Part shown: positions 30,438-40,927 of the stretch, in pieces
Position numbering within the stretch: the first letter of the stretch is position 1
Layout of the letters: every line of letters begins with the position of its first letter
DNA from: Syncephalis fuscata S228
Lineage: Eukaryota > Fungi > Zoopagomycota
Direction: 5' to 3'
Assembly: GCA_025786725.1 (NCBI GenBank)
Contig: JAHLTZ010000028.1
Coordinates: forward strand, 62,001-126,000
Length of the DNA: 64,000 nucleotides
Translations under genes and position numbers: made by a program
The notes under the pieces: model-generated
Database searches by the model: none
What the model saw: only the letters and a program-made list of their open reading frames with translations
Told to the model about the DNA's origin: nothing

Positions 30438-31355
30438 TTAAAGTGCTGCCAAGGAAGCTCCAAACAAAGCAACGAGACCGGCCATGGCCAATCCCAGTCC
30501 ACCCTGGCTAGCAGTAATTTGACGAATTGCAGCACTTGACGGTGTTGCTGTTGGTGTCTGAGTAACACTCACAACAGATGTTGAGGTAACTGTTGCTTGA
30601 TTCGTTGTTTGTTCGGGGGCTGGTGCAACGGGTGCAACGGGTGCAACGGGGACGACTGGCACCACAGGCACGACAGGTGTTGCTTCAGGGGCTGGTGCCA
30701 CGGGTGCGACCGGCGCTACAGGTGCAACCGGCGCTACAGGTACGACAGGTACGACAGGTACAATAGTTGCTTCTGGGGCTGTTGTTGATGTTGGTGGCGG
30801 GGCCGGGACATTAGTTGAGGATGGAGCGTACACAAGCTGATCAGGTGCATTGGCATCATTGCTAGGTGGCTTGTACACAACTTGATCTGGTGGAGGAGGA
30901 GCTCCAACGAGAATTGGCACAGTAGTGCCATCAGGACCGCCAATGACTACTGGCACGGTTGTGACAGGAGGCGAAGTTGAAGATGGAGCGGATGTAGCTT
31001 CTGGAGAGGGGGCTGGCGCAGCAGCGGGCGCAGGTGCTGGCGCAGACGAAGGCGCAGGAGCTGGAGCTGGCGCTGGCGCGGGTACTACAGCAGGCATTGG
31101 TGCCGGGCCTACAGGAATTCCACCCGACGGTTGATTAGGGACAACAACAATTTGATCAGGCGCTGAATTGGGACTGATCAAAACTGGGACTGTGTTGCCA
31201 GCTGCACGAACGTGCTGATTCTCCAAGTGTTCATGATTGCCTGTATTAAATCTGAACGAATGGTGATGATCATGAGCATTTACAGAAGATGCAATGGCTG
31301 TAGTAAGTAAGACGGCCGATACTACTAACAATGAAAGGTTTCGAGAGGAATGCAT
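30438..31355 (-). CDS. Secreted, probably GPI-anchored Pro/Ala/Val-rich repeat protein (305 aa), long member of the (PVA)n-PAPEQT family
   Basis: Single ORF: signal peptide, His-rich N-terminus, (AP)n, two PVV/PVA blocks, [14 protein letters not shown], hydrophobic tail. Confidence 0.87.
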   Translation of the reverse strand: MHSSRNLSLLVVSAVLLTTAIASSVNAHDHHHSFRFNTGNHEHLENQHVRAAGNTVPVLISPNSAPDQIVVVPNQPSGGIPVGPAPMPAVVPAPAPAPAPAPSSAPAPAPAAAPAPSPEATSAPSSTSPPVTTVPVVIGGPDGTTVPILVGAPPPPDQVVYKPPSNDANAPDQLVYAPSSTNVPAPPPTSTTAPEATIVPVVPVVPVAPVAPVAPVAPVAPAPEATPVVPVVPVVPVAPVAPVAPAPEQTTNQATVTSTSVVSVTQTPTATPSSAAIRQITASQGGLGLAMAGLVALFGASLAAL

Positions 31356-32071
31356 GGTAGGATTACTAAAATTATTACGAAGCTAAACAACTATAGTTGA
31401 CTGCAATGGATACTATTTTTGGTAGAATAGTTATTAGAAATCTTGCAAACAACTCATACCATGAATATATACTTTATTTGCCGTATTATTAGCTCTATCT
31501 AATACAAATTAACTCAATAACTTGCAAAGATGAGCGGTAAAACAGCGTATCTTCATTAAGGGGTGAAACCATTCAATAATCATTTAATATGTGCAAAACA
31601 TATCCGCTAAAAGCAAAGCTTAGTTACAAAAATAATCAAATTAGCCAAGCTAATGGATGATCTTCAATTCCTTGACACCCATAAAAACTAGGTACTAATC
31701 TAAATTACATTCCTCTAATTAAAAATATATTAAAACACAAATTAGAGCAGTGAGCAATTTGTAATAGATTATAATGTATCAATGAAATAAAAGTATCAGC
31801 TATAAAACATATAAATGTTAGAAATCGTTATATCACAATTTCACAATCTTTATCTGTTTAGAAAAGCTATCCAGTTATATAGTTATTTTCTAAGCAAGTA
31901 GAAATAACAACTGGAATATAAATAAAATACCTATTTAAGGTACAAGAACGTGAGAAGATTACATAATTTGTATTACTGTATTTGACAATAAAATAACGAG
32001 AATGTGCGTTTATTGAACATTACTAAACAAGCTATACTTGTGCAAGTGTATAAGAATTCGCACATTAACGT

Positions 32072-32445
32072 TTAGAATAGTGACGGATTAACCAAAGCTG
32101 CTGCATCAAGTGCGGGAATTTCGATAACACCATTTCCATGAAGACTAGATGCTCTACTAGTTGCCGTAAGTAAATATGTGCTTGAAAATTCTGAGGTTGT
32201 GATGGTGCTTGACTAGTAGTTTGTTCTGGAGCTACTATAATTACTGTGGGTACTAGTGCTGGTACATAAATGATTAATATATTTTGTGTGCAATAAAATG
32301 TTTAGTTATTATTTTAATTTGCCTGGGGCACCGGCCCATTAGGATTGACAAACTTGGTACTGGCTGAATCGTCGGCATCAACAGATGTAGTTACCACATA
32401 GATAGTGGCAACAATTAGCACAAAATAGTGACCAGCGGCGAGCAT
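32072..32445 (-). pseudogene. Decayed member of the PAPEQT surface-protein family
   Basis: Signal peptide, FVNPNG(P)GAP, IYVPA, APEQTT and tail ASSLHGNGVIEIPAL...SLF match the 56651 gene; frameshifts, GC donor and acceptor reading TAA. Confidence 0.72.
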
Positions 32446-32929
32446 GATGATGCTACTAGTAAGCATTGAAGCTGTTAAAATTAAAGTATCGTTGCAATAA
32501 CGCGACTGTTACCACCATCAATTATCCAAAATATATAATGTACAGAATGTCCAAGTGCAACAGAAACCTCGCACTCTAGCCGAATAAACACAAGACAGTC
32601 CGGCGAGTAAAGCCTAGTCATGGTCGGACCTGTTTCATTGTTGCAAAACAGCGTGTAAAAGCAAATTTGTATGGCGCCAACGCCTGCAAGCTGATGCTAA
32701 CAGAGTACTGATTGACTGAAAAATAAGTTTCAGTTTGGCATATTTTACCTCTTTTTGCATTTTCAATTGAACTGCAGTTAAACGACATCGATTCTATAAT
32801 AAGTTTTAAAACAATACACTGCTTAACACATATTATGGCAAAATGGATTTTTATATTGTAAAAGCAAAGCTGTCCGACTGACACATATGAAAAGTAATTG
32901 GGTGTGCATCGCATTTTGAAAGGCTTGGC

Positions 32930-33502
32930 TTACACCAAAGCCATGAATGGAGTAAGCACAACAAGCGCAACGGCGCTGCCCCAAATGATCTTAGATTCAT
33001 AGGCTAACGAGGTACTAACACGTGTACCTTCCGAGACCGATGTATCCGTAGGTGATCCTGTGGATGAAGTGCTTGACAAAACAGTTTTTGACGATATGTT
33101 GGTAGATGTACCCGATGATGATCTAGAGGTGGTGCCGGAGGAAACTGTCGATCCGCTTACTCCAGTGCTGGATCCTATTTTACTAGGCGTAGTACCCACT
33201 TGGTTATCTGAACTGTCTGTCACAGATGGAAAAGGCCCGGCTTGCGCGACAGACATTTGTGGCGAGGCCATAACGACTGTAAGGACTCGGTTTGTACCAT
33301 CTTGAGCATTAGGTGTTTCTGCAAAGGCTGACGCTTTCTTATCGCCTTCATTACCTGCCGAAAAGGCAGAAGTGGGCCTAGAGCCAGCTGCTTGTGCTTG
33401 GGTGCCTCCTGCGTGTTGTTGTCCTGCGGTAGATTGTGCAACGGCCGTGGAGGCCAATGCAGCAATAGCAAGCAATACGGTGATTTTAAAGTTGGTGTTC
33501 AT
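32930..33502 (-). CDS. Secreted Ser/Thr-rich, probably GPI-anchored protein (190 aa)
   Basis: Signal peptide ending AVA-Q, S/T-rich body, hydrophobic C-terminal tail; TATA near 33560. Confidence 0.8.
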   Translation of the reverse strand: MNTNFKITVLLAIAALASTAVAQSTAGQQHAGGTQAQAAGSRPTSAFSAGNEGDKKASAFAETPNAQDGTNRVLTVVMASPQMSVAQAGPFPSVTDSSDNQVGTTPSKIGSSTGVSGSTVSSGTTSRSSSGTSTNISSKTVLSSTSSTGSPTDTSVSEGTRVSTSLAYESKIIWGSAVALVVLTPFMALV

Positions 33503-34252
33503 GATGGCGACGATAAAGTTACAACAAAATCACTTTTTTTCGCCTTACATGCGATGTCTTTATATTCCAGAAAAATGCATAACAAGCGTGCGTGGAACTT
33601 TATGCTTGTAATGTTTCGCCAGTTTTTACATGCAGGCAGTTTCGTATGACTGAAACCACAACATCTGCTCCGATTAATGCCAGTCTAAAACTGGCGGGAA
33701 TGAAAAACACAGTCATTATGTTGTAATGATGTAGATCGTCATGCAATCAGTGTAAAGTGCAATGTTATAGATGGTATATTAACTGTTATACAGTGCTTTT
33801 ATGGCTGTTCAGACATAATTAAAATAAGATCATCAGTAGTATGTACCATGATGTGGCATAATTGCTAATGTTTATAGCACAATGGTGGCCAATTAACTGC
33901 CATTGCTACAATATAGTACTAACTCAATTTCAAACAATAAATGGTAAACCATCTAATTGATTATAACAACTGTATTTTCATTACATTAATAATATGTTTA
34001 ATTGTATATGTTAATAAATTAGATGGGATTAAGCGGCAGCGGCAGCAGCAGCACGCTGAACTTAATTGTTTACCGCCATTAATAAGCTGTTATTAAAAAG
34101 TATTTATATTAATAAGGTCATTGATGTTAGTACATATCACACTATGCATTTAATATATGTATAAACTAGAACGATGCCGTATCTATATAATTTAAATTTA
34201 TTCTGTTAATTAGGCTTTCAATGAAACTACCTCATTTATTTGATCCATTTCC

Positions 34253-35328
34253 TTAGTCAATCAGTAAGCCATCAACATATTGGGCTGTCATTAAGTCTAG
34301 TTGGTTTTTGGAAAAGCCAGCCTCACTAAACACATGCTGGAAGTACAGTTTTATAATTCGATTATAGTCTTGCGTAATAAAAACCATAGCCTTCTTATCA
34401 ACTCCATGATTCATGTTATATGTATTGTCAAAGCAATCAATTAGAACTTGAGCATTGCTGTTGAATCTTACGCCTAATAGAGTGTTAGATTGTTAATAGA
34501 CATTTCATGGTCCTATAAGCTTACAATCGTGTTTCAGATTATAATACCATCCTAGACTCTTTGCGAATAGAATGGCTAATTTATAAAACTGTTAGTGTTG
34601 CACTTAATATTGTTTAAAGTACATACCATTTCTCAATTGATCAAGCATGTTTTTAAACACTTGACTGTTTTCTTGAGCCAGTTGCTTTATATCTAGTGCA
34701 TTAAACCGGTTGTTTGAGTACACATCTTCAACCATGTAACAGTAATGCCCTTGGTTTGCCTTATATCTAACAAGCAGGAGAAAGCTGATTGTGCAAAAGA
34801 TTGACTTGTTTTTTTGGTTGACATATCATACATAAACATTCTATAATAGGTTTGCATTAATAATGGCGATATATTTTTCTTAGCCATATAAATTACCTTA
34901 TAGAATAATAATCTCTTGTTTAAATGAGGCGTGCTCGGCTGCGCTTTAACTGTGCTTATAGTTTGATCTCCACGGCCACACATGACTTCAACATATGTGA
35001 CATTACGTGCATTTGGGCTAAAAATCTCTTCATAAGCCCAGAAAACTTGGTTATCGACGGAATCAATCATTCGCGTAATTTGTAAATTATTGTTTTTAAA
35101 TGCGCTGCTTTGCTCCATGCGATATCCATAAAAACAACCTATTATTTAGGCTATAATATAGTTGAATTAAAAATAGTGTAACCTACCTCACTCATTACCA
35201 ATAGGTCTGAATCTACTTATACTCTTATGTATCAATGTTGATTGTACCTCAACAGTGTTATGAATGATTGACGCAAGTAACAATATAGCTGCAAAAATAA
35301 CAGTCGTAAATGCGTTGTGAAAAATCAT
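34253..35328 (-). pseudogene. Inverted paralog of the secreted kinase-fold gene at 26127, pseudogenised
   Basis: Same exon layout; in-frame TGA at 35188-35190 and 34826-34828; ends DGLLID* without NLS tail; homologous promoter tttgctataaaatgac(a/g)cg. Confidence 0.8.
34265..34777 (-). repeat. Inverted repeat arm B (513 bp), near-identical to 26683-27195
   Basis: Direct reverse-complement comparison. Confidence 0.95.
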
Positions 35329-36396
35329 TACGATAACTTTTAAATCGTCTAAAAAAACACAGACTTACTTTAAGAAAAATTTGTAAAAAGTGATAAGTGT
35401 GGTTAATCTTAACAGTAGCGTTAGTTGGAAATGAAAAAAAATAAAATTTTGATTGAGTGTACGCGTCATTTTATAGCAAAATGTTTACTGCAGAATACTT
35501 TATATTTACGTTGATGTAACTAACGTGATAGCTATGCGCTAGATTTATTATAAAAAATATGTAAAACGACAATTGGTTTAATCGAGCAATTGCCATGTGT
35601 GTATATTGCCGGTATGGAGCAATACAAATACTGAATTTGAAATGCACATTTGTTTTAAGCCACCTTGCCATTATCATATTTATGATGTAATTATTCTTTG
35701 AATAGACTGTTATATGTCAAATACTTAATACTCATAAAAAATAAAGAATATACTACATTACTCGTAACGGCTTATTTGAATTGCAATAAGTAGTATATTC
35801 AAATGAGATGTTAGATTTAGACTATGGCCCAATCCATACAACGCGCCCTATTTACTAGCACGCTATATTTTTCTTGCATAATTTTAAATAGATGGTTTAT
35901 TCCATATTACATTTAGTTTTTTATTTTTGCTGTATTTTGAAACTTTGAATCACCAACTCGGTCACTTTTTCGCCATATTTATGGCCATTGTAAACAATGA
36001 AAACTACCTTCTTTTATCTATTGGTCTACGAATTAGTATATCAGGATTTGGCATCAAACAATGATGAGGACTGTTACACATAATATTTGTTTTTAATCGT
36101 TTCATAAAATTCATAAAATATTTACCATATCTTAAAGCTGAGCATGTGATTATGCTCAAATACAACTCAAACTGTCAAAAAAATACAATAATAATTAGCA
36201 TATTTTATTCATTTGTAACTATTATAATCAATAAATAAAATAGATAGACTCATATCTTATAACTATTAACATAATAACACTGATTGGTTGGTTAATCGGC
36301 ACATTAACACTTAAAATAATATCAAGTTTTGTAAAACTCCGTTTTTTATTCGATACATACTAACAAAAGAACAATACGGCTATGTCATAACGCTAC

Positions 36397-37290
36397 TTAA
36401 AGAATACCCGTGGTAAATTGGACCAAAGTTATTATTATAACACCAGTTATCATATTTGTTGCAAAATTCAAATAATATGGTGCATTGGTTGTAGAGAAAG
36501 CAGCAGAATCCTTTGGACGTGTGTTGTTTTTAGTTGCGGTTATAATAGGGGTAACAACTTCAGGTTTTGAATTACTTGGTGTACTTGAGGCTGGAGATGT
36601 AGTATCTGGAGTATTTGAAGTATCTGGAGTTTTTGGAGTATCAGGAGTTTTTGGAGTGTCTGGAGTTTTTGGAGTATCTGGAGTTTTTGGAGTATCTGGA
36701 GTTTTTGGAGTATCTGGAGTTTTTGGAGTATCTGGAGTTTTTGGAGTATCTGGAGTTTTTGGAGTATCTGGGGTATTTGGAGTATCTGGAGTATTTGGAG
36801 TATTTGGAGTATTTGGAGTATTTGGAGTATTTGGAGTATTTGGAGTATTTGGAGTATTTGGAGTATTTGGAGTATTTGGAGTATCTGGTTTCGGAGTAGA
36901 AGGTGTAGAAGGTGTAGAGGGTGTAGAAGGTGTGGAAGATGTAGAAGGCGTAGAAGGCGTAGAAGGTCTAGAAGATGTAGAAGGCGACTTTGTACCTGGC
37001 GATGGAGTTATTGTACCTGTCGATGAACTTTGACTTGTAGAGGGGCCAGTCGATGAAGAATCTGATGCTGCTTTTGCTTGAACTTCGGATAATGGAAAGT
37101 TTAAGGATGGTGGAGGGATAGTTTGAACCGGTCCAGCGATGGTCTTGCTATTGGGCTTTGATGCAGGTGAAGGTCCCATTTCTAACGCGTTTTCATTGAG
37201 AAGCTCTTTTGGCACTCCTTGCCCACTAACGCTCGACAAACACGCAAAAGCGGTCAGAGTAGCAACTGTAAGTATGTGATGCATATGCAT
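36397..37290 (-). CDS. Secreted, probably GPI-anchored mucin-like protein with Thr-Pro-X repeats (297 aa)
   Basis: Signal peptide ending VSG-Q, TPS/TPN/TPD-TPK arrays, DSAA site plus hydrophobic tail. Confidence 0.85.
   Translation of the reverse strand: MHMHHILTVATLTAFACLSSVSGQGVPKELLNENALEMGPSPASKPNSKTIAGPVQTIPPPSLNFPLSEVQAKAASDSSSTGPSTSQSSSTGTITPSPGTKSPSTSSRPSTPSTPSTSSTPSTPSTPSTPSTPKPDTPNTPNTPNTPNTPNTPNTPNTPNTPNTPNTPDTPNTPDTPKTPDTPKTPDTPKTPDTPKTPDTPKTPDTPKTPDTPKTPDTPKTPDTSNTPDTTSPASSTPSNSKPEVVTPIITATKNNTRPKDSAAFSTTNAPYYLNFATNMITGVIIITLVQFTTGIL
36600..36985. repeat. Coding minisatellite: 18-bp (tggagtatctggagtttt) and 9-bp (tggagtatt; tagaaggtg) tandem units
   Basis: Directly visible tandem arrays. 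Confidence 0.92.
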
Positions 37291-37671
37291 TTTTCGTTAT
37301 TGCTACGAGATGGTAATGTATGCTAAGAAATGCTGTAGTTTGATCGTTGACGATGAAATCGGCAAAAGAAACGAGCTGAGAATGAAAGGAGCCGACAATT
37401 GCTATGCTTCGAAGTATCAAATAAGGAATGCTAAAATTGAATATGCAAAAATAAATCCAAATGCTAGAACGCAACGACGTTCTGTAGATGCTGTTAAAAA
37501 ACAATGAGTATAGACAATAAGAAGAGAAGCGAGGCTGATCTACATAAATCGAATTTAAATTATAATAATATGACGATTTATGAAAAAAGATTTTTTATTC
37601 ATTGGCTGAATGGATATTCTATTTTTAACTGGCCAATCATATCACGTGTAGCTTAGAAAAGGCCATTGCGG

Positions 37672-40263
37672 CTAGGTGGATTCCATTGAATTCACGACCA
37701 ATTGACGCTGATGTTGATTGTCCTTATCAACGACAAAGGATGATGATGACGACGACGACGATGACGACGACGGAATAAAGAGCTTTGATGGTGCCTGGTA
37801 ACGCTTCTTTAGCTGTGGAGCCTTACAGCTTCTACGACTCCGGCTATAGTGAAGACGCCTAGCCGGTCTTCTTCGGAGTGTACTTGGTCTTGCAGCAAGT
37901 CCCGTTTTATTATTGGCTCGGGATTGTAAATGGCACCCATTTACACCAGCACGATAGCGTGACCCGTATCTACTAATATTATGATGATCTAGATCAGTTA
38001 GCTTTAGCATAGTATTGGATCCAGTTTCGATTGCTTCAAATACTGTTTGCTGAATAAACGCCTCTTCAATCCAGTCGTGCAATGGTGGAATTGATTTATC
38101 AATAATATTAAATAGTGCAGTTGTCCAGCAATTACGTTCTTCAATGGAACTGGCACCCAATTCAAGTTCTCCATCTGGAAATTGTAAACGAAATGCAAAG
38201 GACATTGTAGTTGCCCATTCTGTCGTATCCTTCTCTGATGGAACTGTAACACTAAGTAGCTGGCAAAGATTTACACAAGTGATGGGCGCCATAGTTACTG
38301 GATCGCGGAACTGGATTATTGCACCCACCAACTGTGCATGTCGACGACGCCAAAACTAGCCATTTATGCAAGTGTTAAAGATTTGTAAATGATTAATGCT
38401 CAGCTTACAGTCAATCCACCCCCTCTTTGCTGTAGTATGCCTTCAGCATGGACTCGTCGATGCCAAAGCTGTTCGGCTATCACACGACTGCAAGTTTCAA
38501 ACGAAGTAGGCAATCTATAACTCTAGCAGCATTTACTTGTTAGGGCATAATATTGTATTATTTAAACCACTTACTGGCACATGGCAATAATAAGGAATGT
38601 ATATGGCTCTTACTAAGATTGAACCGCATACACGACCATCGGCGATGTTTTCGTTTGAATCGGCACTTAGAACAACATCATCACTTGCATTGTGATTCTC
38701 GGGAATTCGAAGACGCCAGCGATATTCGGTAAGCTGCAATGGTACTAGCTGATTTATAGAAACACGACATACAGCAGCCTCTTTGCTAAGTAATTTACAG
38801 TTGGGTGTGCTGAGTGCCGACGGATTATGAGATACAGAACAGTCGGCAGTATTGGATGACGTGTCGACAGAGTAGCTGGAGTGCGAGCCAGTATCGCTAC
38901 AGCTATCTGATTTAATAGAGGTCTTGTGACGATTAGAAGCTAAAGAGACAGATAGATTATTGTTTTCACGGCGACTTGTAAAAAAGTTGTTAAGTGAACG
39001 CTTTGGATTAATCAGTAATGAACGTAGGCCACGATCTCGACGTAAATTGTGTGAGGCATTTGCTTCACTAAGATGTTTTGCCATTATCATCACATAGCCA
39101 TTGGACGAGGTAGTGCTATAGATTTTAAAGCTAATTAGCTACTTGATAATGATAATTGGATACAGTTACATATTTAATTCATTTTCAAACTTGATTTCTT
39201 TGTCAAAAAGTAGTGGGACAGATCGTGCTTGTGCATCGGGGCGGTTTTCTAAATGTCCTTTGCTATTTGCACTTGCAACTTCAACATAGACATGCCCATC
39301 TAAAAAGCAATTAATTGAACGTATACGTACTAGCAGCATTCTTACTATTGATGTGACATGGTTCAATAAAACTTGTTTGCATTACTAATAATAAACATAT
39401 TAAAAAATTAGTTGTTATTTATTCCAACTTATAAATTAATAATACCTTGCAAATATAACCGACCACGCTCATCGTTGCTATTATTGATCTGATTAATATT
39501 ACCTTGTTTTTGTGTATAATAGGAACGAAGTAGCAAGTTTTCTCCTTTCCATGCTTTCACACATTGTAGCGACTGAATAGGATCCTGTAGCAGTAATATC
39601 TATATAATAATATGAATTATATGCTTATCTATTATTTAAATACACACCTGTGGAGCATTGTCGCTTTTATTTTTATGGCATAATATAGAGGCTCGCTGCA
39701 TTGCTTCTTCCAGATCGGCAGTAATTGTTTCAATAAAAGGTTCTTTATCTCTTGCTATTCGTCGTGGTGATACTTGAGGCAATGAATTATCTTTTAAACA
39801 ATCCAATAAATTTGTACTATCATTTAAATGTTCAGAAAGAAAGTTCAATAAATTGGTGTCATGCTTATCGCTATTCTGAAAGCCTTCAAAAACATTTGAA
39901 TGCCCAAATAGATCTTGTTTTATATTGATAATGCCAAGAGAGAAGTTGTCATAATCAAACGCTTGCTGTCTGGCATCCTGGTCATTTGATTGACCACTTT
40001 CAGTTACTACTGATTGATATAGACTTTCAATATCGCTTTTAATTGCTAGTAGTAATTAATTTTAAATTAATATTATAACCGCAAATTCAACATTACTTAC
40101 CTGTAACCTGAGGATAGGATAATAAAGTGCTAATTGAACTTGAATACAATTTACTATCATCATGAAAGTTAATTGCCGCATCATTTTGTTGACCGATATC
40201 ATTCGCCATAGAGACCGGTTTATCCAATGCTGCGGCCACTTCCAAAGTTGAATTATCGTCCAT
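37672..40263 (-). CDS. Divergent Bud4/anillin-like protein with C-terminal PH domain, multi-exon
   Basis: DERGRLYL upstream; EGILQQRGG..FWRRRHAQLVG...FRLQFPDGELELGASSIEERNCWTTAL resembles the Bud4-type PH domain; consistent GT-AG exons from ATG 40263. Confidence 0.62.
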
Positions 40264-40927
40264 AACGACGTTCTTCTATTCATTAGAATCAGTAAATATA
40301 TAGATAATCTCTACAGTTATTTTGCCTATATATTTGCTTGTTTGTGCCTTTTAATTAGCATTAAATATCTTACTTTAGAATAATTTATTATAGACTTATT
40401 TTTACACCGTTTAATTAACAAGTCTGGCAAAGTATTAGATGAACGCGAACAAAGATAAAAAGACAAGCATGTATGTGCCATATGGGCAAGTGTAATTGTT
40501 TATTATAATTGCCATTGGCGTTATTGTTATTGTTGTTTCCTTATGCTGACAAGGCAATATTTCCTCAATGCCCCTTTAAGACTTGAAAGATGACAGAAAC
40601 AAATAAACAAACAAGTCAGGCACACTATTCATACTAAATGATATTTTTAGTAATCATTACATTAGATCATAAATAAATAAAGCATTAACGTTTAATATAA
40701 TTAATTTATAATTAATTTATAATGAAAACTGCGACAGCAATTATGCTTTCCAAAGTAGGAAATGTTGGCTGGCCTGACTTTTGGCATCCGCCTATGCGAG
40801 GCTACATTGCCACTACTATTATAACTACTGCTGCTACTGCTACTACACACGCGTACCATTCACCAACTACTGCATATTCTCATCTATCTTCTTTTCCATC
40901 AAGATCGCGCCTTTTTCTTTTCATAAC

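Noticed and set aside
29470-31750. Repeated CTCTAAT/ATTAGAG 7-mer near the surface genes
   Set aside because: Short AT-rich word; cannot be told from chance without genome-wide statistics
36485-37033. (GVF/GVS)n and (LEY)n ORFs; CRISPR-like periodicity
   Set aside because: Antisense or alternate frames of the TPX minisatellite; no unique spacers or cas genes, and the context is eukaryotic
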